Below, piece by piece: positions 1 through 15,400 of a stretch of DNA of 64,000 bases. The stretch is taken from assembly GCA_965235115.1 (NCBI GenBank), contig OZ249436.1, positions 34,782,001-34,846,000 on the forward strand, written 5' to 3'. The DNA comes from Laetmonice hystrix (lineage: Eukaryota). A program made the translations under genes and the position numbers. Numbering within the stretch: position 1 is the stretch's first letter; each line of letters opens with the position of its first letter. Below the pieces are notes generated by a model, which did no database searches, was not told the origin of the DNA, and saw nothing but the letters and a program-made list of their open reading frames with translations.

Positions 1-1303
1 GTAGCAGTGCGACTGCCAAAAAGAAGTTTCCGTGCTTCCTCATCCATACCAAACCGTTATGGATTTTTCCCCAAACCGAGTTGAACATGGCATGTTGCCC
101 TTGGTGTCTAAAGCATACGAACACGTATGAAAAGCCCCAAAGGGCCATTGAGCGAATTTGAACTATTTTACCAAACTCAGACTTTTGATGAAGTGAGTGG
201 CCTCCAAGTGAGTAGATTCCTTGTTTTTTTAAAATCCCATCAGTCCCTGGCACGCGCTGTAGTGTGCCATTTTCAGGCGTTCAGAAGCACCCCTCCCCTT
301 GTCTTGTTCATCTAAGGAACTGCTGGAGAATAGACTGACAGCAGGCTGACCTACTTCCTCACAAAAGTTGCCACCGCAGACACGCAGCACAGCTGCCAAG
401 CTTATACTGTGGCAATGAAATGAAAATCTCAGTGGATTCTCAGAAGTGCGAGGGAAGGACTCTGGCTGGGTTTGATTTCCAGCGGTTTTCCACGTCAGAC
501 GTAAAGCAGGTAGCGATGACACATGGTGATGGCTGATGTGGAATGACGGAGACGTGATACTGGACTGACGAGTTGCGATACTGGATTGACAGGAGTTGCG
601 GTTCCGAGTTGTGCTCACAGGGATAAGGGTTTATCTCGGTGACCATCTATCCTGCTACAGGCAGAGCTTTTCAATCCTGAACATGACGTGTCCTGTGCAA
701 ACTGACCGATGCCTGCTCACCGCTGTGACACAGAGGCTTACGATGGAGAACATTTTGGGTTCCGAGTGGCGCTGGGAGGAGGGGGAGCTTAGGACTGCCT
801 TTAAGGTGATCATGGCTGTTGGAGAACACAATCTGCTTCTGGCCAGCTGGCTGTATATTTGTCAGAAATTGACTTAATTTAGAGGCTCTATGTGAACTTC
901 TAATCAATAAAGTCCTAGTATCTCATTCTTCAATACAATGGATAATGTCTGTCCTTGGTTTTGAGGACTTTCTGGGGTGTTTCGGTCTCTACATTTGGTG
1001 TGAAACGTTTGAAACCCTTGGGCATTATTAACCGGTACTGACTCTTGACATAGGCCTAAATGTAGGTCAGGCAGTAGCTCTGTTTGTTTTAATTTAACGA
1101 TAATGCCCCAATAAATCACTGTCAGTTAATTGGCGCCGGTAAAGGGATTATTTTCTTACTGGAGATTATACTGGATTACGTAAAGAATGGAGGTGTTAAC
1201 TGTTCATTAGTGTAAAATCCCGTTGACGATCTATGTAAACTGGACGCCAGGCGTATGACCATGATATCGTACCGATAATTTATTCATTTTAAAAAAGGGA
1301 AAA

Positions 1304-1306
<3 letters not shown>

Positions 1307-1368
<62 letters not shown>
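1307..1368. repeat. (GA)31 microsatellite
   Basis: Uninterrupted GA dinucleotide run, read directly. Confidence 0.98.
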
Positions 1369-1372
<4 letters not shown>

Positions 1373-2299
1373 GTTGTAAGCTTGCAGTTGCTCATTCAGT
1401 GAATTTATCTCATCAGTTGGTTTTACCCTCTATTTGTCATGTACCTGTTACTGAGGACTAGGTGTTATTGGGTATGTCTGACATAACAGCGGGAAAAGAG
1501 AGACATCAAACGAAGACCCCAACCAAGGTCGATGGTAGCAATCAGCCTTCAAAGGGCCACGTTCTGAGAGTGACAGTTTGCGCTTTGCATGAGGGCGATG
1601 GTGCACATTTAATTGCTACGTTCATTATAAGCTGAATAGGGCCATCGTTATTCACTTAGCAAATTGTAATTACCAGGCCCTGTAGCTGCTGGGAATGTGG
1701 CGGATGACGTAATGCCACACAGTGGGGGCTTTGTCTCGGCTTAAAATAAAGGGCACAATCCGAACGGCAGGGTGCCAACCCCCAACCATATTCCCCATTA
1801 GTGGAAGCAAGAAGATCTCAGCAGGGGATTGCTTTGGTTTGCTAGGCAACCATTTCACAGAACAGACCGGGAAAAATGAACTCTGAGTAGTTACACATGT
1901 CATGACAAGCCTTGGGGAAAGGCTAGGATTCTTGTACGGGCATGGGCATTGTGTATTACAATAGTCTCAGGGTCTCAGAGTCTCAGGGAATAAACATTAC
2001 ATGGTTGTCAGAGTCGTCCTGACAGTATGGGTACGTTATGTGTGTGTAGATGTGGCACACTTAACGAACTGAGATTGTGCTGGTGGAAAGTGTTACCAGG
2101 ATTGTTTATCTGTGAACAACACCTGCTACCATATACAGTGCTATACTACACTGACAGATCTCCTTCATGTCGTTAGACAGATCAGATTTAGGATAATGAT
2201 ACAATGAATAAGGTGAATTGAGTAAGATTGCTTTTCAGCGCGACTTTTTTTCTTCACTTCTGTGCTCGTATTGTATCATTAGTTCACCAATCATTGCAA

Positions 2300-3450
2300 T
2301 GGATGTGACAGCGATGAGAGAAGAATAGACGTATTTGTCCGCGACTTTTGAACCATTAAAGTAGAATATTAAATCATTCACGACCATAGTGTACGGTAAC
2401 TTAAGACATCCCGGATGATTGTCAACAATACCCTGCAGATATGAGTTGGATGAAGACACAAGAGATCCTGTGTGGTTGGTGGATGTCAGAAGGACACGGT
2501 GGACAATGGTCTCATTAACATGACCTTGGTGTACTCATCGGTTGGGTCGATACACAGCGCTGACATGTCGCGCTCAATGCTGGTTGGTTTGTGGGGCCTT
2601 GCTTTAACTCGTCACCGCGGGAAGTCTCCACACAAAACGAACTGCACAGATCGCCTTGGGCTGGGGGCAGTGAAAGCCCTTCCTAGACCCATCACCTTAC
2701 GATGAGAGAGGCATTTAGAAAACCCCGGTCGATATCTAACAAGTTGACGTGGGTAATTTATACATGAAGTCTGCTGTAGGAAGTCCTCCTGTAAAGGACG
2801 GGATAAAAGTTGTGGGGTTGAATGGTGTTTGTGGATGAGTCGAGTTTGGCCTGGTGGATTGGGCCAGTTGTCAGTGCCGCCGATAGACAGTTTGATGCTC
2901 GTGGTTTTACTCGTACCACCAACCACATATTACGTCTGACCCGATGACTCTGCCCTCTACCCTTTACCCCTGTCAGCGCCCCGATTGCATGCTGGTAAAT
3001 TTTAATTACGGCCCCCAAGGCCATGGCAGCATGAGGAAATGCAGATCATTGGGGGCGCTGCTCAACCCGTTCAGGGCACAACCAGCGTGTTCAGGGCACA
3101 GATATTGATGATCGCGCCCTGATCGTAGGGACCCACAAGGCGCCAGTATGGAGGCACGTGATGGTCATTGTGGGGATAGCAGGTCATCCAAATTTATCTG
3201 GGTAAATTTGGGTGACACCTCTATCTGGGTTAGGGGGAAATAGGGGTGTAGGGTACGGATTGGATTAGGGCCAGTCGTTCCTTGCCTTTAATACCAATGA
3301 GTTTTGTCCGCTGTGGGGGTTATAAGAAGATAAACAGACATAAAGAATATTGACATGGGCTGTTGTTTGACGATAGTCGTTTAATTGCTTTGTGAGGAAA
3401 GGTTTGGCTGGTAATGGGCTCATTATCAGATACCGGGGGATGTTTTGAGT
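2300..3450 (-). pseudogene. Possible highly decayed CR1/L2/Rex-like RT fragments
   Basis: KQLNDYR and DSSTNTIQPH resemble LNDYRP and FSSAFNTIQPH, but the spacing is longer than in intact elements. Confidence 0.22.
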
Positions 3451-6400
3451 TGTCAGGATGCGGAGGATTCCAGGCAGGCAGGGAAGCCATGTAAGCTCGT
3501 GCCTATCGTAAACATCGCCGTTTGGCATGGCATTAGTTCATATCACATGTGTGTTATTTCTGATTCTCTTTGTCTCAACGCCTTGTCAATACAGAAATGA
3601 GCAACCCGAGAAGCCTCCCCATTGAGCACGAGGAAGTTAGAATGCTTGTGATGTTGTGTGGAATGGCAGGTCGGAGCATTACTGCATACAGTTCGTCTTG
3701 GAGGCTCACTGGGTCTAACTCTTGAAACACAATTCTTGCTCCAAAAAGACATGGATGCTTTGGTCTCTGTTGCCCTTCCTGAATACCAGGCATAATCTGA
3801 TCTTAGCTTACAGGAGCCGCACCATACCATGGGGACAAGTTGCACTGTGCTGATCTGAGGTAAAAAAAGGAACCCTTGGAAACCCAACTCTTGCTTGTTT
3901 TGTAGGTTTACATACACCTGTGTCAGGCCAATGTCGGCACCCAGTCATATTGTATGTCGAATATCGGAGGCTAGGAAACCTTCGCGAACAAAGATGAAGT
4001 TTAATGTCCTTGCTGAAAGTCTCTGGTTGGGTCACCGAAAAGACCATAGGCCCCCCTGGAGGGGGAGGGGGGATTTGGCCATACGTCCTACGGCGGCAGC
4101 ACTACGGGACTGACTTGAGAGGACGACTGAGGCCATAACTTAGATTGGGCCCAGCAGCTAACTCACACAGCCAGAGTATGGAAGACATAGCCGGGATGTC
4201 AACTAGACCAGTCACCGCCGACATGGCACAGCGGGAGGTCCATCTTCATGCCGTGAGCTGAACAGGAAAGGCAATACACAACTTTATTAATTACACAAAA
4301 AATACACACAGAGTTCGATTCCAAAGTGTTTGATATCTACGTCTCAAAGTGAAAGTACACGTTTGATAAGGTATAGAGTAATGAGTGTTTTAATTTGTGG
4401 TCCGAGGAGACATGATCGGAAGGTCGTGTATATCGTCCTTTGTCCTTTCACGTCGGGCATGTCCCAGCGTGGCGTATTTCTGACGACTCACGCACTCAGC
4501 AAGAAACCACAATATTTCTACTTGCCCCCAAGTCATTTCTACTCGCTGTTGGTACGGGGACACGCACCAAGCTGAGCTTTGTCTACATTAGCTGTGTCCT
4601 ACAGATCTGGAGGCTGCGGGAGGTGTGGGAGCCTCGGGCTCCCTTCGCTAATTTGCCCGACTACTGATAAGATAACATAATCTACAGGAAATATTGCAGC
4701 CAGCATCTGTGCTCTAAATAAATTCTTATCATTGAGTTGATCCAGCCAAACTTTGTCGGCAATTACCGCGGGGTTGGAAGATATGATAACATTACTTTGT
4801 AGAAGTCAATTACGTCAATATTTTGTTTTTCAACAAAGCCGTTCAATTCTGATTCTCAGAGTATTTGTAGTGGTTCATCAAAGCGTGTCTATGGAACAAC
4901 ATCTTATAATATACGCACATGATAAACATACATTACATAAAAACATGTACCCCTTGTACATCTCAATTATCTACGCTTCCCAGTATGTTGATCTCTGTAA
5001 TCTTGCTTTAGGTCAGGGGCCTTTGACCAGTAGACCACAAGGGCATGATTGGGTATAGACAAGCAGCAGCTCACCTATGCGTCTGTCAGTTTAAGCTGTA
5101 ATTTACAGAGCAGTTATCTCATCTAACATTGCTTTCATAGTTCCTTGACGGTGTTGGCGAGATTGTTTGTGGTGGTTTCGTTGTTCAAGTACTAGCCTTA
5201 CCTAGGCGGCTGTTACAGTGGCCGTTGTCTGGGTAGGTGCCCGTCGGCCGGCTATAGCCCACCCGCACCACCAGACCCCGCTGGGGTTACACGTCGCTAT
5301 ATGACAGACATATATCACTCGCCCAGAGCTCACATGTCACTAGTAGGTCCCATAGACACGTATACGTATACTCCTTGCTTGACATCGACGACAAAGACCA
5401 TGGCACACTTGGGTCAGTTGGTACAGAAACGACATTTCGCGTTTCTTTTCAAAAAGACATTTTAACGCCTTCACCGTTTAGAGTTAATGGCTGGATATGT
5501 TACGAATATACTATTAAAAAACAAGTCTTTTGCTCTTCTTCATTGATATTGATAATCGAAACGGTTTTGATTTCATCTCCATATAATGATACCTTTACAG
5601 AAAATGAAAGAAAGACGATAGTTAGGACCTCTCTGATGAACGACATTGAAAAACCTCGCCACTGAAACGTCTCTTATTGTGTGGCTTGCGTATATTCAAG
5701 AAGCATTTGGAAATGACTTACAGCTCCAACGTGAACTTGATATACGTTTATTATGTCGTTTCAACGTGGCACACAAAATGTCTTTGGACGGGCTTGATGT
5801 ATACAGTGTTGGCCTTTTTGATTCACTGAGGTACTCGTTGAATGGGGTCTGTGGGTCTCATGTCAAGTTAGTTCGCTATTGATTCAGGTGTACTAGCTCA
5901 GAAGATTTGGCATCACGCCCGTATCAACAAAGAGAAGGAAAAAATTAGTACTACGAAGTGTGCTTGACGTGATGTGAAGATGGTCGTACTATGAATGCAT
6001 ATCAGTTATCTTGCTGAGGCACCCACACAAAGATATACATAGAACTATCGGTATTTTTAAGTTGCCTTGTGTGTTTCCTTTGGACCCGTGCCAGACAATG
6101 GCCTGATCACCTGGAATCGGCTCATCAGGTTTTACTGATTTGTCACTCAGCGTTTATCCTGCAGGGAAATTGGCAAGTTTTGAGGTACTGTTTGACGTGT
6201 CTTTAAAGTAATTTTTATGAATTTCTTAACGAATGTTTTACTTCTTTGACCCCCGTACACAGATACGGGGCTGAAGCAAGCACCGCTGATGTCTATTCAT
6301 GCAGTCATACTTTCAGGTCACAAAATAGCTCTCCTTCCTTATTGTTGGACCACGGTACGTTGGTTGACTGGATCAGTATCTTTGTTTTCCTCCATGTCAG

Positions 6401-9400
6401 GATCTGCCAGGATGCGTGTAATGGTTGACATCAGTAAGATAACGAGGTCAGATGGTGGTTAAATCACCTCCCCCCGACCCGCCTGTATAATAAAATGACA
6501 TCACTCAAGCTAAGTAAAGCATGGTCAGCAGTACCCTCCGATCTTTGTTTGGGAAGTCAGCTCAAGGTACCACCAGTGGAAATGGGGCCATTTTACTTCT
6601 TCCGCTGCTAGAGGTCTGCAGGGCTTTACGTGGAACGATCCACTAAATGATAGTTTCAAGGCCCCCAAAACATGCGGTGCCCGCCGGCCAGGACTCCCAA
6701 GTGCATCCATCACAAATGTAAATATTGTGTCGTGCCCCACTAGAAATACTCCCAATTTCCCCCAGTTCGGGTCATTCAATACAAGCTGGTGGACTGGACA
6801 GCATGTTTGTGTGTGGCTTGGGAAGCTGTTGATTCAGGAAGTATTGACCAAGGTCCTGAACTACCAGGCTCATAAGGCACGCCCAAGGTAGCTAAGCAAG
6901 GGAAATCATCAGTCAATTCAGAGCAAGGCCTCTAAAGGTTGTTGCAGCCCATCAGCCAGGGGGCAGTACGCATGCATTGGTTTCCATGGAAATGGGTGAG
7001 CGACCCCCAGGGAATGTTGAGTGTGACATGCGCAATTTACAAGCTGAAGGGTCTTGACCGGCGCAGGGATGACTCTGAGGACAGGGCCTGGTCGCATGGA
7101 TCAGTACGTCGACAAGGTTAGGGGTGGGGGTCGCCGGGCTGGCCTTGGTGGGGGAGCAGAATACCACGACAGAAGGCAACAGTCATGAAAGGAGCAGCGA
7201 CCGTGAAGTGAAAGTAATCCAGGGAGACTGTGCAACAGATCCAACCCTGGGCCGTCCCACTGAACTTGTGAACCGTTACTGAACAATCAACCAATAGGGG
7301 CAAAGAAACCAATAGAAAAAACGCCAGGGGATACAATTTGGAAACTTGTACAGACATGGAAAGTACATCGTGTCTTGAGTCAGGCTTGGTTCACCCTGAA
7401 AATGGAAAAAGTTGTAATGTGATTCCATAGTTTACTCGGTCCGTGTGCATCCAGGCGCTAAAGGTGCTATAATATCGCGACTTTGTTAGTTCGTGTGATA
7501 ACGTCAATAACGGTCTGCAACAGCCTGTAAGATGAACAGCATCAATAGTAAAAACCATCAGACAATCAGTCAAGACAAATGCGGAGCGTCAGCGGGAGGA
7601 TTTTTTTGGGACAGCATTTTCTGCCGGTTTCATTATTAGCGGGAAGGGTCAAAATGGACCTTTGTACACGTGCGCCATCAGTTCTGACTACTGCAGCGAG
7701 GCGGCCCCTCCCGGGAGTCCAGCAGACAGTGGTGGCAATTTGTCGGCCAGCTTCAGCGTGGTCATTTTTCATGTTACACTGATTGCCATATCGCACAGCC
7801 CACATTTGCCAATAGGTGGCTGGGGGCCCAAGCAGTTGCGTCAGTTTGCCAAATGTTGTGTCAATTGGAAACTGGGAATTTGCACACAAAAATAATATGC
7901 CTTTAAAATGCCAGCTCACAAAGAATGAGGTAAATGGCAGCAGAGGGACAGTTAGTCCGTGTCTAAAGGCCATTTGTAGGGGCGCCTCAGCTTGACCCGA
8001 GTAAACACTTTGGCTATTCACTTTCCAATAATCAAATCATTGCCTTGGGACAAATAGAGCAAGGTTATCTTTAGATAAAAGATAGCATGGCCTGGGTGTC
8101 TCAACAACAGAACCTGGCCTGACCTCAACGAGCCTTCTATAGCCCGAGAATATCTGGTCCAGGACACAGGAAATAGGTTAGAAAATGTTTAGAATTGTTG
8201 TGGTCTTTATCCTGAATGAAAGCGGGAACCCTCACTTCTTTTAGCGTACATCAATTTGTGTCATGAGGAGATAGACTTAGCCATTTATGAAGTTTGTGTT
8301 GATAATTTAAAGAGTTAAAATAATGGTTAAGGATGGCGAGGACGCCATGCTGGCCGCTTGTCACCGAGGCGTCATCCTACTGACAAGGTTCGTCAGGGGT
8401 CCAGTCGTTGTCATGGAGAGAAGGGCAGCGCGGCTCAAGTAGGACGGCAGGGCGGACAGGAAAACATGTGAAGGTCGTACCAGAGATAAAATGCCTACTG
8501 TGGGGCTGTCGTAATTAGGGCCCACTGCCAGAAACGGCTGGTGTAAAAACACGGCGCTTATTAATGAAGTACCGTGTTGCACTGGGAGAGGATACACAGC
8601 GCTTCTGGTTCACAGGTCTGGGGGCGGGGAAGGGGGGTCGGAGGGGGGGGGGGGGGGGGTTATTGATTCATACTCCTCTCTCAGCTCTGAAAGTTTGTGA
8701 TTGACGATGTTCTTCAGGAGGAAAGGCGGTTTTAGACATGGGAGGTCGTTGACTGAGGGATGGGGTAGAGGGTAAGGTTAACTTGTCTATCAGGGACATG
8801 GCACATGGTAACAGGGGACCAGTACGGGCACACAAACAAACAAAGGAGATCAGGTGTCCGTGATTTGAACTGATCTACAACAAATCAGTACATGTCTATA
8901 TATATGTTGTCTACATAATTAATAATCGAGAGAACGAGTTGATTGCGTGTCTTGGGTAGAGTTTTATGTCTATAATAAATCATAAAGTAAAATTTCTTTA
9001 AATCTTAATACTGAGACTGAATATTTTCTGCCCGAGTATATGATAGTGCCTACTTTCTGAATTCATTTTTAGCGCACTGTTTATTACTATTAGATACATT
9101 AGATAATGGCTAAGCTAAACAGTAACCAGTCGTCGCCCCAGCACAGTCGGTTTGTGTACTGAACGAACGTATTACAGCACTTTTCTCCTATTTCCGAGGT
9201 TGCTAAGTTCAGAGAATGGGGCACGTGGTTTGGGTAAATGTCTGCCAAGGGACTCACTACTCGAGGTCATCCTATCTTTGTGCCAGTTGGATCACTATAA
9301 GGACAGTTGAAGAGGCAGCTGCCAAGCCAGGCCAATACCAACGGGAATTTATTTCTGCCAAATGAGGAATCCCTTTTATAGGAGATGTCCTTTGGCACAG

Positions 9401-12400
9401 CAGAACAACCTTCTATAATACAGCATCGTTTATATATCGAGTTATTACAGAAATTCTTCGCTGGGATGGGCCGTAGTTGGAACATTGCTCTTTTCCTGAG
9501 AATTGCTTTCTGCCTCCAAGTGTTTATAAATGCATTATGAGTTCTTACTAGATGCGTCGTACTGCTGTCGGTAGGGTGAGGTGAAGTCCCACGATCTCTC
9601 GCGTACAGCACGGTACAAGTGTTTCATCCAAAATTGGAAAGTATGATTTTCCACTGTTGTCAAACGGTTTTGGTTGTGACCCCAAACGCTAGTGTAGAAA
9701 TCGGGCCAGCTGAGACCCAGGCTGCTTAGAATAGAGCCATTGTACACATGACAATATTGCCCCGCAAGCTACAGACTGCAGTCCCAGTATTCAACGTGGA
9801 AGCGCAATCCCAGAGGGCCATGCTGCCAGTGACAAGGCCACAACTTCACTGCTGATTTTATTAGAAACGCATGCAGAACTTGCATTGTCCCTAAGGTCTG
9901 AGGCGCTGGCCACACAGATTCGTGAAGGAAACTGGTGATTGACTGTTCATTAGAGAAAATGTCAATGGAAAGTAGGTGAAGGTGAATTAGAATAGGGGAT
10001 CCCTTGATGGAGGTTTATTTTTAGTGGCACTCTTGTTACTGATCACACTGACAGTGTATAATATACATTTTAGTGTCTTTTCTCTAGCCAAAACACTTTA
10101 TGGAGCAGACTAGCACAGATTCCAAAAGGTTCTTAGAGTTTTTGTCAGCCTCAAGGATGGAGCTGAACTTATTTTGGGTCTCGGCTCAGATGGTCGGTGA
10201 CTACCTCACATATAGGAAATGAAAGGCTTTTCAACAGTGCTTAGAGTAAAGGTAAAAAAGGATTATACCGAGCCTTTGAGAAACTTCAAAAGGACCTCAT
10301 AATGTGTCTCTTTGTTCAAATTATAGGAAACGTAACCAAATTTAGCAACGTGCTACACATGAAGCAATATGTGCCAGTCTTTGAGGCTCAAACTGAAGGC
10401 GTGTCGTTCTGAATTTCTGGAAACCGAACTTGGTAAACAAATCATCATCATTCACACGTGAAGAAAGAATGATATTGCATGTTGATGAATTCGCGAACCA
10501 GGCCACCTCTGACTCCTTGGAAGCAGATGCTCCCCCTAATGACAAAAAAGTAATTACGAGTTATGAGTTTCTGTATGTTTTCTGAAAGAAATTCATTAGG
10601 CAGTGGTCTTGGAGATAATCCAATGACATAACAATAAGATTAGAATTAAGATAATGAAAAAAAAAGATTACTGTTGTTTTCCCCGGCTGGATCGGACTGG
10701 CTTCCTGCGTTCACTACGGTTATTCTTGTCGTTAAATTGTGAAAGGAAACAGCGTGTAGCCATTTATGACTTTGACACAATAAGGATCCAATACCTCATC
10801 CCATTTGTAATGACAGTTATTTCTTTGAGGAGTGGAATATTATTGTCGGCAAAGTCAGACGTGAAATATAAATAACCGTTACATCTTGCAAAGAGGAAAC
10901 GTATGATTTGGATCTTAAAGTTGCGTGGATGTTAAAAATCGACAGTTGGTAAATCAAAGGAAAGTCCATGATAACTTTATCCTTCCTAATCCAATTACGT
11001 TTGTACCTAGTTGAATTATGGTTTTACATGTTTTTTAAATATTTTTTACAGACCAAGCTGTTTGTAGAAAAAATGTGATTTCTCACGTTAAATGACCTCT
11101 TAACCCGTTCCTGCTGAGAACCACGTTACAAAAGCAGTGAAAGAATTGCTTTCAATGGTTTCACCCGGATTGCCTCTTTAATTTGATTATACTGTATATT
11201 AGTCATACTTGTCGAGTACTGTAGGACTTTTCCCAGCCGAGAAGTCTTATTTTGAGCTTTGTATATTAATATCGGAGACTAAAGGCCATAGCGCATGGTT
11301 TTGCCGCCTGAGCTGTATTCTCACGGTGGTTGTGACCGCCGAGTGCCCAGTGTAGTTTTATAGTTACCAGGTATTGCTCCTCAGTCCTGGTTCCAGTCAG
11401 TGGCGCCAAAGAAAACACATTGAGAGAGGCAGGAGTCGTTGTGCTGTGAGGCTGGGAACCCGGCGGAGGTACTCGTACATTGAGTCAGAGAGGGTCGAAC
11501 ATGTACCTCGACATTTATCCATGTAAATACAGCAGTCCTGGGTGTGGGTTGGTGGGAATGGGGGGGGGATAAGACTGCCTACAACAAGGTTAATGTTATA
11601 CGGGAGATATTGGCGGTGGAGCGCGGCCTGGGCCGGGGAGTGTGGGGGATGGTGACAGGTGAACCAGGTGGGAAAGGTTAGATCAGTATGGACGGAGGAG
11701 AGAGAGAAGGATGTCATAAAGGTGGGAGGTGGGTATGATATACTGGCAGGGTCGCAGGTATAACACAGGGGGGCGCACGTTAGCTTCAGCCACACCACAT
11801 CCCTCACAGCTTTACAAGAAACACTTGTGAATGAAGTGGGCTCGAAAGGTGTTGTATATTAGCTGGTGCTGCCCCCTGGAAAGTGGCAAGCGTAGGTTGG
11901 GGGCTTTGGTTGGGGCTTTTGTAGGTGATTGAAAGAAGCTTGCAAAATGGCGCAATGGATTGAGACTTCAGGGCTTTGACATACAGTGAAGAGGGCGGGG
12001 ACTTCTTGGCCTGGACCTCAGAGTCTGTAATTAATGTAATTAGGTAAAAGCGTACTGCTATACTCTCATTATACAAGAGAGCCGAGGAAGCAGCCGGGGG
12101 ACCATGTCTGAGAAGGCACTTGGGGTGCTCAGTTTGGCAATGGCTCCTCCGTTTGCAGCTGTTGTAGGGTCACTCAAACAGTTGCAGATAACTTGGCCAG
12201 AAGTGTGCATTCTGGCGTGTTTTGCCTGTGGCACCACTGTAAACATTCTGTAAATAGCAAGGCCATGGCCGTGTTGATGTTGCCGGAGATCACATTGAAG
12301 CTGCAGAGCTCCGGCCAGGAGGAGGCCGTACTCAGTCGGAGAGGATAGGAGGGGGCGGGAGAGGAGCCCAGAGGTGTTCGGTCGCCTTCACAACGTCTTG

Positions 12401-15400
12401 TATGTTGTCCAGGCTCCTGACTTATGCCCCGTCAGCTGGGGTCCCGTACACACTCACACACATCATGCAGGACCCACCGGGACCCAGGTTCAGGTGTCAG
12501 TGATCACAGGCCAGCCATGTAAATGGACTGTGAATGCCCGGTGCACACCTGTGATGTTGTGTCTGTAGGGGAGGGCCAGCTGACCGTGCAGCTGGGCAAT
12601 GATATTGGGAGTTGGGCTGCAGGCCTGTGGCCCGGCCAAGCCCACCCCGGCATGGCTGGGGCCAGGCCCTGCCCAGCCAGGCCCCAGATGATCCAGACAG
12701 GGGCAGATCCACGGCGTGCCATCCATTTAAACTAGGCTTGAGTTTGCCGGGAATCTCCATATTCTCGGTAGCAGCACCTAAGAGAAACCATACGATGAGG
12801 CTAATAGACGGAATCCAAGCCCGCGTGCCGATCACAGCTACATTCCTCAAGGCGTGCTCCCAGTGCAGGCATGGAGAGCACGTTTTGCTGGGCACTTGAA
12901 AAGCAGATAGTTGTGTTTCCCTCTCCCAGTAAGGGCTGGCAGATAATTCAGCGTTTTTTCAACACCTATTCTTAGTGAATTCCATGGGGAATTAAATTTG
13001 GTGATTAAGGTCATAATGCAGATAGTTTGAAGGAGCGATCTGTTTGCCTTTGTTTCTCCCCTGACTTGCCCAATCGGCCACAAATGGCTTCCTTCCCAAT
13101 ATCACTCAGTCATGATTTAAGTGGGCAGTGGACCATTGAAAAGGGCCTGTTGAAGTTCCGGAACATTGAGTTATGTATATTGACTGTTCCTCAAGTATAG
13201 GTTGAATAACGATCCAGGAATCATTTGGAATGTAGAACATAGAAATACAGGTACCATAATAGGATAGGCCGACCTCACGTCCTCCTGCCAAACTGAGTAT
13301 TACTACACTGAATACCTGGTGTAGCATATTTTAACGATTTTAACGATTTTGTAACCAGGGCTTTAAATGCATTTGTAGTTCGACGCTGTGATGTGCTAGC
13401 TAGCATCGTCTTTCCAGAACAGTTTTCGTTATAAATGTTTTTTTTTCTGACTCGGAATAAGGAATTCAAAGAACCAATTGCTTCCCAAGCTCTGTAAGCT
13501 TTTTCATTCGCAGGCTTTCACGGTGTAACAAGGGCGTAAAGTTATACTTCCTGAGAGCTATGAATAAGGTTTATTTCATAGATGTTTGTAGGGATACACG
13601 ATTTGGAAGACCAATGAAGTTGTCATCAAGACATTAAATGTGACGCCCACACATACGGTGCAAACGGTAGAAAGGATTAAGGTATGGACAGACGATCCAT
13701 AAAACATACGTTTACGGTAGGGCTCAGGGAAGACTACGACGTACTGCTTCAATTTCGAAAACCAATCCCACTCCTCGTATTGATTGGTTGCTTTCAGCGG
13801 GCCTTCATTTTGAGAGAAGCCAGGTGTGGAGAGAGGTTAGATTTATACGAGTGGGGGAGATTAGATTGTGTAAGGCAGAGCCTTACCTTCCAAACCCTCA
13901 ACCGTTGAGGGTCACATTTTATCACTACCAACTCCGCATGCTACACTGACTTGTATTATACCCATAGAAAGTGAGCTCTGTGACCGATCACGGAGAGTGA
14001 AAAACCTGCATCTATTCACAAACATTGCTGATGGTTGTATTCAAAAGATGGTTAATGTCTGCACATGGACTCTGCGATTGTTCAGCTGAACCCGGTGGAA
14101 CGGCTACAGCTTGCCCCTCATTGACCACTAAGTAGGGCCATTTATATATATCTTAATACAAATAGATGGTCAGGATTCAGGATGGTTAAAATTTCGGTCC
14201 GGTAAAGTGTGATAAATAGGAGCGCCCAGCTGGGGCATTCGACAGCGTTGTGCGCTATGAATGATGCTGACAAGATGTGAGAAAGACTCCTGTGTCGTCC
14301 AGGGGCACACCCCGCTAAGGGTGTTAATGTGCTATCCGGGACCATTCAGGTGTGAACGTGTGAAGGGGGAGCAGAGAACAGGTGACCAAAAGGCTTCCTG
14401 GTCGGGTCGGCGGTCACTTTTCTTCTTGACCACTGGAGCGTCCTGCTCCCGGCCGCGGCGGACCGTGTCGGGGTCAGGGGTTTTATTAGAAGGTACCTCA
14501 GTGGGCGCGGACAGCAAGCAGCGTCTGCCATAAAGTAAATGGTGAGCAGTTGATGACAGTTCGAAATGTGATTTAGTACCATGATCGTGACCTTAGGCTT
14601 ATAGCCACAGGTTTTATTGAACTGTTTTATTCTTGATTTTAACTGGATATTGCGCAGTGGCGATCCCTGGGGAGTTGTTAGAGGAAGCCATGGACGTGAC
14701 AGGCTGAGTGCGTTTCACAGTTCTTGCGTGCTTCAGCAACGTCGTTTAAGTATGTGCTGGAGATAGTGGTGTAATGGCCAAGAGATATGATCCATGTTGG
14801 CATTTGGAAGGCATGTACGGAAGGTAATCCATTAGGGTTAGCCCCGGCGGTCTACACGCCCAGTGGTCAAACCACAGTGCGGCCAGCAAGTGGTCAGTGT
14901 GCGGCTGACAGGGCCCTGAATGGATGGCCTCACCAGTAAATACAACTGAAGATGTATGGCAGGCTGAGGCTGCTGCCTATACCCCAGGGGTGTGTGACCC
15001 CTGGGCCCTGTCTGACCCACCGGGTCACTCGCCTCTGCCCCCTACCAGTATGGGTTTTTGCTCCCGGGGGAAGAAATAGCCAGCAACACAGGTGGGAAAG
15101 TCACAGCGTAATCTCAGCCTGAACATCGAACAGCATGACCTCTGCTCTGACCATTTTCTAACGTTATTGGTCCGGAGACATGACTTTTTCAGCTGACCAT
15201 TGATTGAGCTGCTTTCACCAGTCAACCACGACCTTGAACGGAGACATTGCAGCACCCAGGGCTATTTGCTTTAAGGTGTTATATGTAAGAAGAGGATTTC
15301 GTTACAGGAACCTGCGGGCCTCGAAAAGAAGGCACACCGCCCGTGCCTTACATCCTCCTCAGTGCGCTTTACAGCTAATTAAATCTATAATTCATCACAG

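Noticed and set aside
4259-4678. Possible minus-strand solo LTR (TG...AATAAA...CA)
   Set aside because: No matching target-site duplication and no second copy seen in the window.
10342-10545. DDLFTKFGFQKF resembling the TTF zinc-finger region of hAT transposases
   Set aside because: The key Cys/Trp/His residues are missing and no downstream transposase motifs occur at the expected spacing.
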